A stretch of DNA of 38,055 nucleotides from a virus (taxonomy: Duplodnaviria; Caudoviricetes): the IMG/VR virus record IMGVR_UViG_3300046707_000142, positions 1 to 38,055 of that record; one strand, given 5' to 3'. Position numbers and translations under genes: made by a program. The notes beneath the pieces are model-generated. The model did no database searches, was not told the origin of the DNA, and saw nothing but the letters and a program-made list of their open reading frames with translations. Within the stretch, counting starts at the first letter, position 1. Each line of letters begins with the position of its first letter. This document shows, one piece after another, positions 28,402-35,976 of the stretch.

Positions 28402-29009
28402 TGGGAAAGGTCAAGCACCCAGACACGCTGCTCTCCTACATCAAGAGCCTGGAAAAGCGGATCGCGGTGCTGGAGACCCAGCAGCGCCTGCAGGCCGCCC
28501 GGATCTCTTCCGGTCAGCTGAACATCGGCGCGGCATCCGCCGGCGACCAGATCGAGATCAACGCCACCCTGAGCCGCATCCGTTTCACTAGCGGCACCGA
28601 CGCCCCGACCGACCTGAACGCCTTCGGCGGCGGCGGCGCCGCATTGCAGACCACGGGCACGGCCGGCGCGATACCCGCACAGACCCTGATGTGGTGCGGT
28701 GACCACCACCACGCTCTGCAGGTCAACCGCGTCAACGCCGACGGCAGCACCACCGTCACAGGTGAGGTCTACACCGACATCCAGGACTCAGGCAGCGGCA
28801 ACCATCGCGGAACGGTCAGCCTGACCGCAACAGGCAGCGACCACGACGGCAGCTTCATCAACCTGTCCGCCGACGGCGGCACCGTGCTTTACACCAACGC
28901 CCGAACCACCGACCCGCCCGCCCCCGCACCCGACACCGTCGTGCTGTACGTCAAGGCGAACCGGCTGTTCTACCGCGACGGCGGCGGCGTTGTCCGCGGA
29001 CCGCTCTAA
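28401..29009 (+). CDS. Minor tail protein
   Basis: N-terminal coiled coil IKSLEKRIAVLE then beta-rich region. Confidence 0.7.
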   Translation: MGKVKHPDTLLSYIKSLEKRIAVLETQQRLQAARISSGQLNIGAASAGDQIEINATLSRIRFTSGTDAPTDLNAFGGGGAALQTTGTAGAIPAQTLMWCGDHHHALQVNRVNADGSTTVTGEVYTDIQDSGSGNHRGTVSLTATGSDHDGSFINLSADGGTVLYTNARTTDPPAPAPDTVVLYVKANRLFYRDGGGVVRGPL

Positions 29010-29094
29010 GCGGAGGCAGCGAACGCATCCATCCGCGCACCCACCCGGTTGAGCGCTGGGGAGCGCGCCCAGGATTTGTGATGGGAGAGCGTGA

Positions 29095-29430
29095 GTGGCC
29101 GATGAATCAAACGCTGACCTGCGGTGGCTCACGGAACGCATCGACCGGAACCATGCCGAGACCACAGCGGACATCGCCCGTCTCGAAGCTCAGGTCACCG
29201 GTATCCCCGCGTCGTTGGAGCGGTACGTGCTCCAGCGGGTCTACGACGCCGATGAGCGGCGCCGCGCGGCCGAGCGGGACGACGACCGCGGCCGGATCAA
29301 ACGCCTGGAGGACAACGACACATCCAAGGCCAGCGGCAACCGAACGTGGCTGCTCGGTCTGGTCCAGACGGTCGTGGGCGTCGCGCTCGGCGTCGTCGCC
29401 GCGTACCTGACCGCGAGAGGTGGGAAGTGA
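29095..29430 (+). CDS. Membrane protein, coiled coil plus C-terminal TM (lysis cassette)
   Basis: WLLGLVQTVVGVALGVVAAYL helix; first gene of lysis block. Confidence 0.75.
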   Translation: MADESNADLRWLTERIDRNHAETTADIARLEAQVTGIPASLERYVLQRVYDADERRRAAERDDDRGRIKRLEDNDTSKASGNRTWLLGLVQTVVGVALGVVAAYLTARGGK

Positions 29431-29906
29431 ACACCAAGGTTTTGAAAGCGACGAGCGCGCGCGGTGGCCCGGTCGTGCTGGCGGCCGGCGCGACGCTGGC
29501 GGCGGTCGCGATCGTCGGCGTCCTCCGTGGGCCGTCCCCGGTCGCGGCGGAGCCCCGGCCGACGGTGACGGTCACCGCGACCGCGCCGCCCATTGCCGGG
29601 CGGGCCGTACGGAGGTCGCCGTCGCCGAGTGCATCGCCGGCCCCGCCCGCGCGGGGCGGCCTGGTGCTCGCGGCGGCGGCGCCACCCGCCCAGGCCCGTG
29701 ACGGGGTGACGGGCCGCCGCGCGGGCAGCGACTCGATGGGCAGCGGGCGCCGCTCGGGCAAGGCCGACGGTGGAAGTGCGCCAACGGCTCATCCGTCACC
29801 GACCTCTCAACCGCCGGCGTCCCAGTCGTCTGGCGTGAGTGTGTCGCTGAGGCGGCCGCTCGGTCTGCTGCCGGACGTCGACCTGACCATCGGAGGTAGC
29901 AAGTGA
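29427..29906 (+). CDS. Membrane-anchored Pro/Ala/Ser-rich protein
   Basis: GTGA-coupled both sides; N-terminal TM; PTVTVTATAPP. Confidence 0.65.
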   Translation: MNTKVLKATSARGGPVVLAAGATLAAVAIVGVLRGPSPVAAEPRPTVTVTATAPPIAGRAVRRSPSPSASPAPPARGGLVLAAAAPPAQARDGVTGRRAGSDSMGSGRRSGKADGGSAPTAHPSPTSQPPASQSSGVSVSLRRPLGLLPDVDLTIGGSK

Positions 29907-30967
29907 CCACACCGGATGACCCGAACTTCATCCCACCGGACCCGAACGAGCCGATCCCACCGCCCGCCGGCGCAACCGACGCAGGCCTCGGCGGAGTGCT
30001 CGTCACCGACACCGATGAGATCGACACCGCGATGGAGCGCTTGGCCGTCGTACTCGCCGACGTCGCCTTCGAGCAGCTCGCCGGGATGGAGGGCGCACCG
30101 ACCTGGGACCAGGTCTACCGGCTCGCGAAGGCGATGCTCGCCAAGTGGGCGCCGGGCCGCCGCGGCGAGAACGTCAACGACCTGACGTTCTGGTACTACG
30201 GCACCTGGAGCATCGCCGCGGCGTTCTGCTTCATCGGCATCTCCTACCTGCTGGCGCACGCGCTGGCCAAGCATCCGACCGCCGCGCAGCAACTGGCCGG
30301 GTTGCAGCTCATCGCAGGCAAGAAGGCGTTCGTCCCCTACATCCGCCAGATCCCCGGGTATGAGGCCGAGCACTCCGGCATGCGCGTCGGCGCGATCGTC
30401 GCTGTCGGCGGGTTCGAACACATCGGCATCTGCGTCGGCGTCGCCGGTTCGACGTTCCTGCTCTGGTCGTGCAACAGCACCGATGGTGACTCCGACGACG
30501 CCATCACGATCAAGACCTATCCACTCTCGGCCGCGAACGGCCACGTGAACCTGCGCTACTCCCCGACCGCGCCCGATCAGGAGGACGACATGCCCGACTA
30601 TGTGAGCCTCGGCCAAAAGAAGCCCCAGCAGGTGAAGGCGGGCCAGGCCGCGCACGCCGTGTTCGACGTTGAGTACAGCGACAAGGGCACGGCGCACGCC
30701 GACGGACCGCACCCGGGCGTCCTGTCCGGCGGAAAGGCGGGCGCCCAGTTCGTCATCGAGATCGACGCCTCGGGCACCGCTGGCGGCTCGTATCGGCTGG
30801 TCGAGACGGACCCGGAGAAGGACTACGCCGTCACCAAGACGTACCCGATGAACAAGCCGACCTACGTCGGCCTGTGCGACGCCGGGCGGCACCTGTACGT
30901 CGAGCTGCACCCGGCCGCGGACGGCGACGCGAACGTGGCGGTGAAAGCCCAGTACTGGCACCGCTGA
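29903..30967 (+). CDS. Putative endolysin, CHAP/NlpC-P60-like cysteine peptidase with C-terminal domain
   Basis: ENVNDLTFWYYG...AAFCFIGISY and EHIGIC motifs; lysis-cassette position. Confidence 0.7.
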   Translation: MTTPDDPNFIPPDPNEPIPPPAGATDAGLGGVLVTDTDEIDTAMERLAVVLADVAFEQLAGMEGAPTWDQVYRLAKAMLAKWAPGRRGENVNDLTFWYYGTWSIAAAFCFIGISYLLAHALAKHPTAAQQLAGLQLIAGKKAFVPYIRQIPGYEAEHSGMRVGAIVAVGGFEHIGICVGVAGSTFLLWSCNSTDGDSDDAITIKTYPLSAANGHVNLRYSPTAPDQEDDMPDYVSLGQKKPQQVKAGQAAHAVFDVEYSDKGTAHADGPHPGVLSGGKAGAQFVIEIDASGTAGGSYRLVETDPEKDYAVTKTYPMNKPTYVGLCDAGRHLYVELHPAADGDANVAVKAQYWHR

Positions 30968-31021
30968 CCGCATCTATCCTCTGTCCCGGCCACGGCCGGG
31001 TCCTCCCCCCGGAGAAACCCT

Positions 31022-32158
31022 TTGAGCATCACGTTCCGGGACGGCCGCCGGCCGCCCCACCCCGAGGACACCCACCCTCGGATGAAGTTCGCCCAGATCC
31101 GCACCCCCGCCAAGCAGCTGCCCAAGCCGCCTTCGCTGATCGACTACGTCACCCGCGTCGCCGCCTGGCCGATGTACGGCAACGATCGGTGGGGCGACTG
31201 CGTCTGGGCGATGATCGCCCACTCGATCGAGGCCGCCACCGCGTACGGCCAGAGCCAGACGGTCCAGGTGTCCGAGGTCGACGTCCTCGCCGCATACTCC
31301 GCGGTCACGGGCTTCGATTCGTCCGCGGGCGAGCCGGGCTCGAACCCTACCGACCAGGGCACCGTGATCCAGGACGCGCTGAACTACTGGCGGCGGATCG
31401 GCGTCGCAGGCCACAAGATCCTGGCGTTCGCGCAGGTCGACCACACGGACCCGGACGAGGTCGACACCGCGCTGTGGATGTTCGGTCACCTCCAGGTCGG
31501 TATTGCCTTTCCCGCCTCGGCGATGGATCAGTTCAACCGCGGCGGGTCGTGGGACGTGGTCGATGACGACGGCGGAAACGAGGGTGGCCACGCGATCGGC
31601 CTCGGTCTCGCCCGCCGCACCCCAGCGCAGACCGCGCTGCCGCGCCGGCCGGTGCTGATCGGCCGGAACGACCGCGGGAACTACGAGGTCCTCACCTGGG
31701 GCAAGGTCCAGGAGATGACCCCGGCGTTCTTCGCGAAGTACGTCGAGGAGTGCTGGGCGGTCATGACGCCGGAGTGGTACGACGCCCAGGGGCGGAACCC
31801 GGAAGGGATCGACCAGGGCGTGGCCGGTGAGGTGTTCACCGCGCTGACCGGCGAACCGTCCCCGTTTCAGTCCGCGCCCGAGTGCCCTACACCGGTTCCT
31901 GCTGCTGCTCCGGCGGCTGTGGATCCGGCTCCGGCCGTGACCCTGCCCGGCCGCCACCCGGGCACCGCGCACCTCGCGCGGTACTTCGCCTACGACCACC
32001 TGCCCGAGCATCTCCAGGCCGTCTCACGGCCGTGCGGCGACGTGGCCGCGCTGATGATCGCGGCACTACCGGATGGGCCGGAGCTGACCGCCGGTCTGCG
32101 GAAGCTGCTCGAGGCGAAGGACTGCTTCGTCCGGGCAGCGCTACCCCCCAAGGAGTGA
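31022..32158 (+). CDS. Papain-like cysteine peptidase fused to C-terminal helical-hairpin domain
   Basis: MYGNDRWGDCVWA, GGHAI, LTWG; C-terminal FAYDHLPEHLQ...LRKLLEAKDCFVRA. Confidence 0.75.
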   Translation: MSITFRDGRRPPHPEDTHPRMKFAQIRTPAKQLPKPPSLIDYVTRVAAWPMYGNDRWGDCVWAMIAHSIEAATAYGQSQTVQVSEVDVLAAYSAVTGFDSSAGEPGSNPTDQGTVIQDALNYWRRIGVAGHKILAFAQVDHTDPDEVDTALWMFGHLQVGIAFPASAMDQFNRGGSWDVVDDDGGNEGGHAIGLGLARRTPAQTALPRRPVLIGRNDRGNYEVLTWGKVQEMTPAFFAKYVEECWAVMTPEWYDAQGRNPEGIDQGVAGEVFTALTGEPSPFQSAPECPTPVPAAAPAAVDPAPAVTLPGRHPGTAHLARYFAYDHLPEHLQAVSRPCGDVAALMIAALPDGPELTAGLRKLLEAKDCFVRAALPPKE

Positions 32159-32160
32159 CC

Positions 32161-32373
32161 ATGAAGTTCTCTAAGTACGCCAAGACCGCCGTGTCCGCGG
32201 TCGCCGCCGGCGCCGTCGCTCTCACCGCGGCGCTGACCGACAGCTCGGTCTCACCGGGCGAGTGGGTGACGATCGGCCTGGCGGTGCTCGGCGCGCTGGG
32301 CGTGTACGCCATCCCGAACGCTCCGGCGGCGAAGCCGGACAGGCAGCAGACGTACGGCCGCCCGACGCCGTAG
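32161..32373 (+). CDS. Holin-like two-TM protein
   Basis: YAKTAVSAVAAG...GEWVTIGLAVLGALGVYAIPN; AAGGAG RBS. Confidence 0.8.
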   Translation: MKFSKYAKTAVSAVAAGAVALTAALTDSSVSPGEWVTIGLAVLGALGVYAIPNAPAAKPDRQQTYGRPTP

Positions 32374-32393
32374 ACCAGATCCCCAGCGCGTTC

Positions 32394-32430
32394 GCCGCCC
32401 GGTTCCTCCTCGGAGAGCCGGGCGGCTTTC
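32394..32430 (+). terminator. Intrinsic terminator ending late operon
   Basis: GCCGCCCGGTTC...GAGCCGGGCGGC then TTTC, between convergent genes. Confidence 0.7.
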
Positions 32431-32448
32431 GTCGCGCTGCCGCCTTGG

Positions 32449-32871
32449 TCACGCTGGCTTGATCGGACGTACTTTGAGGCGTTGCTCCGGCAAAAGGCCG
32501 AACTTCTTCACGTGGAACGCTGTTGGGCAGACCGCATTGGTGAGCCCTTCAAACACGTGCGGCATTGCCGCAAGGTAAGCTGCCGAGATCGTTGCGATGA
32601 GTAGCAACCCATCGGCGGCGGGTTCGGCATGGCCGATCCAATGAATGCCGGCATCTACGTACGCCTGGCGTTCGGCTGGGTTGCGGAGCTGGTTCCGATC
32701 GCGCGTGATGATGGCGTCGAAGCCGAGTTCCGCTACCTCAGTGATTAACTCGGTGTCGGTTCTGCCGCCGAACCCAAGCTCGGCCGCATGCTTGAACTCG
32801 TGCTCGAAGAAGACGGCCTGCAGGGGGGGTAGTACTGCGCTGGTCTCGTTCTCGTCTAGGAAGAACCTCAC
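32449..32871 (-). CDS. PIN-domain toxin, VapC45-like
   Basis: MRFFLDEN, TDTELI, IITRD acidic PIN motifs; coupled to upstream DUF433 gene. Confidence 0.85.
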   Translation of the reverse strand: MRFFLDENETSAVLPPLQAVFFEHEFKHAAELGFGGRTDTELITEVAELGFDAIITRDRNQLRNPAERQAYVDAGIHWIGHAEPAADGLLLIATISAAYLAAMPHVFEGLTNAVCPTAFHVKKFGLLPEQRLKVRPIKPA

Positions 32872-33488
32872 GCGGAACGCCTCCGCAAGGAGGTCACCTG
32901 GTCGTAAAGATCCTTCGCGTCAGTGGCACCGCGTGCGGTCACTGACGGGTAGAAGCGAGAGGCGTCCTCGGGCGCGACCTCGCCGCCGGTGAGTAGCTTC
33001 CCGATGGTGTCGAAGGCGACGCGTGTGTTCTCAACGGTGGGCCAGCCGCCAAGTCTGGCCTCGCGTACCTCCAGGTGAGGCCGGGGCCGGCGGAAATCGA
33101 TGACGTCCGTCCCCTGCATGTTCTCGAATGGAGCGAATACGTCCTGGAGGTTGACGAGGAGCTGTTGCCCCTTCTTTTCCACCAGGTCGATAGACCGACC
33201 GTCATCGGAGAAGTACACGGACTTACCGTCGGTATGTAGTTGGTACTGTGACGGATGATCGGTCAGGTCGAACTCGGGGAGCGCGGCGACAGCTTTCCGG
33301 ATCTTCTGTAGGGAAATGTTCGCTCGCATGCGCACGAAGGTCCGCAGAGCGATGATGTCCCGAAACGAGTACAGGACAACCGGTGTGGACTGGAGTTCAG
33401 GCACGAGCAGTCCGCTTGAACGCCACCCCTTCAGCTGACTGATGGACGCGCCGGTCAAGACTGAGGCGAGCTCAACCGGGAAGGTCAC
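32868..33488 (-). CDS. HTH-DUF433 antitoxin, VapB45-like
   Basis: MerR-like HTH (QLKGW...YSFRDI...SLQKIRKA); LGGWPTVENTRV DUF433 motif; AAGGAGGT RBS. Confidence 0.85.
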   Translation of the reverse strand: MTFPVELASVLTGASISQLKGWRSSGLLVPELQSTPVVLYSFRDIIALRTFVRMRANISLQKIRKAVAALPEFDLTDHPSQYQLHTDGKSVYFSDDGRSIDLVEKKGQQLLVNLQDVFAPFENMQGTDVIDFRRPRPHLEVREARLGGWPTVENTRVAFDTIGKLLTGGEVAPEDASRFYPSVTARGATDAKDLYDQVTSLRRRSA

Positions 33489-33780
33489 CTTGGTTCACCT
33501 CCTTCCATGACCTTGTGCACGTCTCGCTCCAGAATGACAGCCGTTCGTCGGTAAGTCATCGTCCGCCTCGTAGTTGGAGGACCCGCTCGCGATGATCAAT
33601 CAGGTAGCGGGCCGCGAAGTAGGACGCACCGGGACGGATTACGGATGCCGAAGGTTACGTAGCCCTTACCGTTCGGTCATGTCGCAGCCGCAGCGGAGCA
33701 GGAACACAGACCAGCTGCTGCGAGACCGCGGCACCGAACCTCTTGGATGAGCGCGACGACCCGGCGCCTACCCGTCCAGA

Positions 33781-33820
33781 AGCCCGCTCTCCGGTTCGCC
33801 GGGAGGGGGCGCGGCTTTCG
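33781..33820 (+). terminator. Imperfect hairpin upstream of tRNA
   Basis: AGCCCGCTCTCCGG-TTCG-CCGGGAGGGGGCGCGGCT then TTCG. Confidence 0.45.
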
Positions 33821-33862
33821 CCGTGTGCATCACTGGGGAGTGATCGGTGTAGCATCGCGTGC

Positions 33863-33936
33863 AGCGCGGTGGAGCAGTTCGGTAGCTCGTAGGGCTCATA
33901 ACCCTGAGGTCGCCGGTTCAAATCCGGCTCGCGCCA
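33863..33936 (+). tRNA. tRNA-Met(CAT), initiator-type, variant; CCA not encoded
   Basis: Acceptor AGCGCGG/TCGCGCC with A1xC72 mismatch; D-stem GAGC/GCTC; anticodon arm TAGGG-CTCATAA-CCCTG with three G-C pairs; T-arm GCCGG-TTCAAAT-CCGGC. Confidence 0.9.
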
Positions 33937-33950
33937 CTCACGCAGAGCAA

Positions 33951-33986
33951 GGCCCCCGTCCTCTTCGGAGGGCGGGGGCCGTTTTC
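33951..33986 (+). terminator. Intrinsic terminator after tRNA (probably bidirectional)
   Basis: GGCCCCCGTCCTC-TTCG-GAGGGCGGGGGCC then GTTTTC. Confidence 0.85.
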
Positions 33987-34012
33987 GCGTTCCTGCCGGC
34001 GATGTTCTCACC

Positions 34013-34132
34013 TCACTGAAGGCCGTTACGTGGACAGCCGAGGTTCAGCCGCTCGAACATGCAGTCGACGACGTGTCCGGCGAAGCAGTTCGCGAACGCT
34101 CCCACGAACGCCGTAATGATGAGCTTCTTCAT
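34013..34132 (-). CDS. 39-aa hydrophobic peptide MKKLIITAFVGAFANCFAGHVVDCMFERLNLGCPRNGLQ
   Basis: Read by hand (below ORF-track cut-off); GGAGGGAGGGAGG RBS; GC3-rich codons. Confidence 0.65.
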   Translation of the reverse strand: MKKLIITAFVGAFANCFAGHVVDCMFERLNLGCPRNGLQ

Positions 34133-34283
34133 GAGTCCTCCCTCCCTCCAGCATCTAGATCATCTGCGTATCCAGTGTCGCCGGAGGCTCTGACATTTCC
34201 TCTTGTCGCAGGTCAACGTTTCGCCACGGTCGCGGACGGTCGGCCGCTGGCAGACAGAATCCCGTCGCTACTATGTTCGAACT

Positions 34284-34529
34284 GTGGTGCGGCATCCGGA
34301 GCACATCGCGCCGGCCGTCCGGATCCGGCGGACCGGCCAGATCGTGCTCCTGCTCGAGTGGGAGCGCGACCGGCACGGCCGCTGGAAGGGGCACGTCGCC
34401 TGGCTCACTCGCCCGCAGGTGGCATGGCGTGGCGTCGATGTGTGGCTGCCGGCCGAGGACCTCGAGCGGATCGATGGCCAGGACTACCGACGCGTGCCAA
34501 GGCGCATCGCCGACGACGCGCCCTTCTGA
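34284..34529 (+). CDS. Small hypothetical protein with acidic DDAPF C-terminus
   Basis: GC3-rich from GTG 34284; TACTAT/TATGTT just upstream suggests leaderless start. Confidence 0.65.
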   Translation: MVRHPEHIAPAVRIRRTGQIVLLLEWERDRHGRWKGHVAWLTRPQVAWRGVDVWLPAEDLERIDGQDYRRVPRRIADDAPF

Positions 34530-34756
34530 ACTTGCGCAGCTAACGTCGATCGCAGGTCGATGATCTCGACGAGGCTCCCGACATCGACGAGCGCCAGGGC
34601 GGCGTTCAACTCGGCGGGCCGGTAGTAGCCGCGGCCGAGCAGGACGCCGCGGTGCCAGGAGACACGGATCCAGGGCTGTGGGCCGTGGCCGTCGCACATG
34701 TCCAAGACGATGATCTCTACGCGTCGTCCGTACTGGTCGACCATCCTCTTGCCCAC
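34484..34756 (-). CDS. Small hypothetical protein
   Basis: GTG 7 nt after TACGCT -10-like hexamer; RVEIIVLD...WIRVS...VDVGSLVE. Confidence 0.6.
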   Translation of the reverse strand: MGKRMVDQYGRRVEIIVLDMCDGHGPQPWIRVSWHRGVLLGRGYYRPAELNAALALVDVGSLVEIIDLRSTLAAQVQKGASSAMRLGTRR

Positions 34757-34789
34757 GCGCGTCAGCGTATGTGGCCTGCGCAAACGGGA

Positions 34790-34825
34790 ACCGCCCGCTC
34801 TCTCCGGAGCTAGAGAGCGGGCGGT
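34790..34825 (-). terminator. Stem-loop terminating rSAM-PIMT operon
   Basis: Perfect 14-bp IR ACCGCCCGCTCTCT/AGAGAGCGGGCGGT just after PIMT stop. Confidence 0.75.
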
Positions 34826-34839
34826 GGTCGTGCCGGGGG

Positions 34840-35976
34840 CTAAACGGTGATGGTGTGCTGCCACTTCCCGCGGCGGAGGTGGATCACACCGTCAGGGTCG
34901 ACCCGTACCCGCGCGCCGTACAGCGGCAGCGACCCGTCGGTCAGCCACCGGTGGCGGATGTCGTCGAGCAGATCCCACAGCCTGCGCGGGCCACCTTGGT
35001 GGACCTCGGGCCGTTCACCGGTGTGGCCGGTGGCGCGCGCCCAGGAGCCGTCACTGTGCAGCATCCACGCGGTACGCGCCTCACCGTCTTCCCCGTAGTG
35101 GTGCTCGATACCGGGCGCCAGCACGCCGAGCATCGACGACACCTCCCACGCCTCGGGCACGTTGATCACCGGATACCGGCCCCGCGTGACATCGGTCCCG
35201 GCCGCGCTACGGATACGCGCGAGCATGGTGGTGAGCGTCGGCGGGTAGTCCGGCCCGGTCCGGCTGTGCATGAACCCGGCACGGTCCCACTCGATCCGCC
35301 CCTCGGCGCCGCCGTCATCGGTGGCGTCCACGGTAAGGATCAGTGTGGTGTCGGTGATGGTGGTGACGAGCCGGCCACCAGGTCGCAGCGCGGTCAGCCA
35401 GCTCGCCGGGATGGGCCGTACGGCGACGGTCGCGATGATGCGGTCGTAGCTGCCGGGCAGCGGCCCAGTGGCATCGACCGCCACGACCAGCGGTTCCATC
35501 CCGATCGAGTCGAGGCATGCGATCGCCCTCTTGGTGAGGTGTTCATCGACGTCGATGCTCGTCACGCGGCCGTCACCGAACCGTGCGGCGAGCAGCGCGC
35601 AGCCGTAGCCGGAGCCGGTGCCGACGTCCAAGATGTCGACGTGGTCCTCGAGGTAGGCGTGGTCATACATCTGCAGGAGCAGGCCGGGGAGCGTCGCCGA
35701 GGAGGTCGGGCGGCCGATGGCCTGGCCGCCTATGGGGGTGTCGTCGGCGTGGTGGGTGCCGATCTGGGTGACGAGGGAACGGTCGCTGTAGGCCGCATCG
35801 AGCCATGCGGGTATGTCGCTCGTCCCATCCTGGATGGTCCACCGGTCGGCGCCGTCAGGGGTCCACCAGCGCGATACGAAGACGTGCCGCGGTACGGCGG
35901 AGATAATGCCCCGCCACAGAGATGCCGGTGGGCTGACCTGCTCGGCGAGCCGGTCGGCGTAGGCCTGCCAGTTCAT
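34840..35976 (-). CDS. Protein-L-isoaspartate O-methyltransferase homolog, RiPP-associated long form
   Basis: VPRHVFV, AAYSDRSLVTQ, TSSATLP, LDVGTGSGY, YDRIIAT, LRPGGRLV, C-terminal QGGPRRLWD; ATGA-coupled to rSAM. Confidence 0.9.
   Translation of the reverse strand: MNWQAYADRLAEQVSPPASLWRGIISAVPRHVFVSRWWTPDGADRWTIQDGTSDIPAWLDAAYSDRSLVTQIGTHHADDTPIGGQAIGRPTSSATLPGLLLQMYDHAYLEDHVDILDVGTGSGYGCALLAARFGDGRVTSIDVDEHLTKRAIACLDSIGMEPLVVAVDATGPLPGSYDRIIATVAVRPIPASWLTALRPGGRLVTTITDTTLILTVDATDDGGAEGRIEWDRAGFMHSRTGPDYPPTLTTMLARIRSAAGTDVTRGRYPVINVPEAWEVSSMLGVLAPGIEHHYGEDGEARTAWMLHSDGSWARATGHTGERPEVHQGGPRRLWDLLDDIRHRWLTDGSLPLYGARVRVDPDGVIHLRRGKWQHTITV

Larger units (their letters stand above)
1..32430 (+). 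mobile_element. Prophage (siphovirus-like, HK97-fold head), replication to lysis modules; left end outside window, right end undetermined (may include 32449-38055)
   Basis: Co-oriented, tightly coupled (ATGA/TGATG overlaps) run of helicase, primase, terminase, portal, protease, capsid, tail tube, chaperone, tape measure, minor tail and lysis genes. Confidence 0.95.

Noticed and set aside
33592-33750. 52-aa ORF with GGAGG upstream
   Set aside because: AT-ending codons (GTA, GGA, TTA) and long RBS spacing; no recognisable motif
33863-33936. tRNA as the prophage attachment site
   Set aside because: Prophage genes lie 5' of the tRNA, no duplicated tRNA 3' end or integrase seen in the window, and the sequence is atypical for a host initiator tRNA; cannot be fully excluded without flanks
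34053-34068. LexA box TCGAAC-ATGC-AGTCGA (and half-site at 34275)
   Set aside because: Two mismatches and inside a coding sequence; the other is only a half-site
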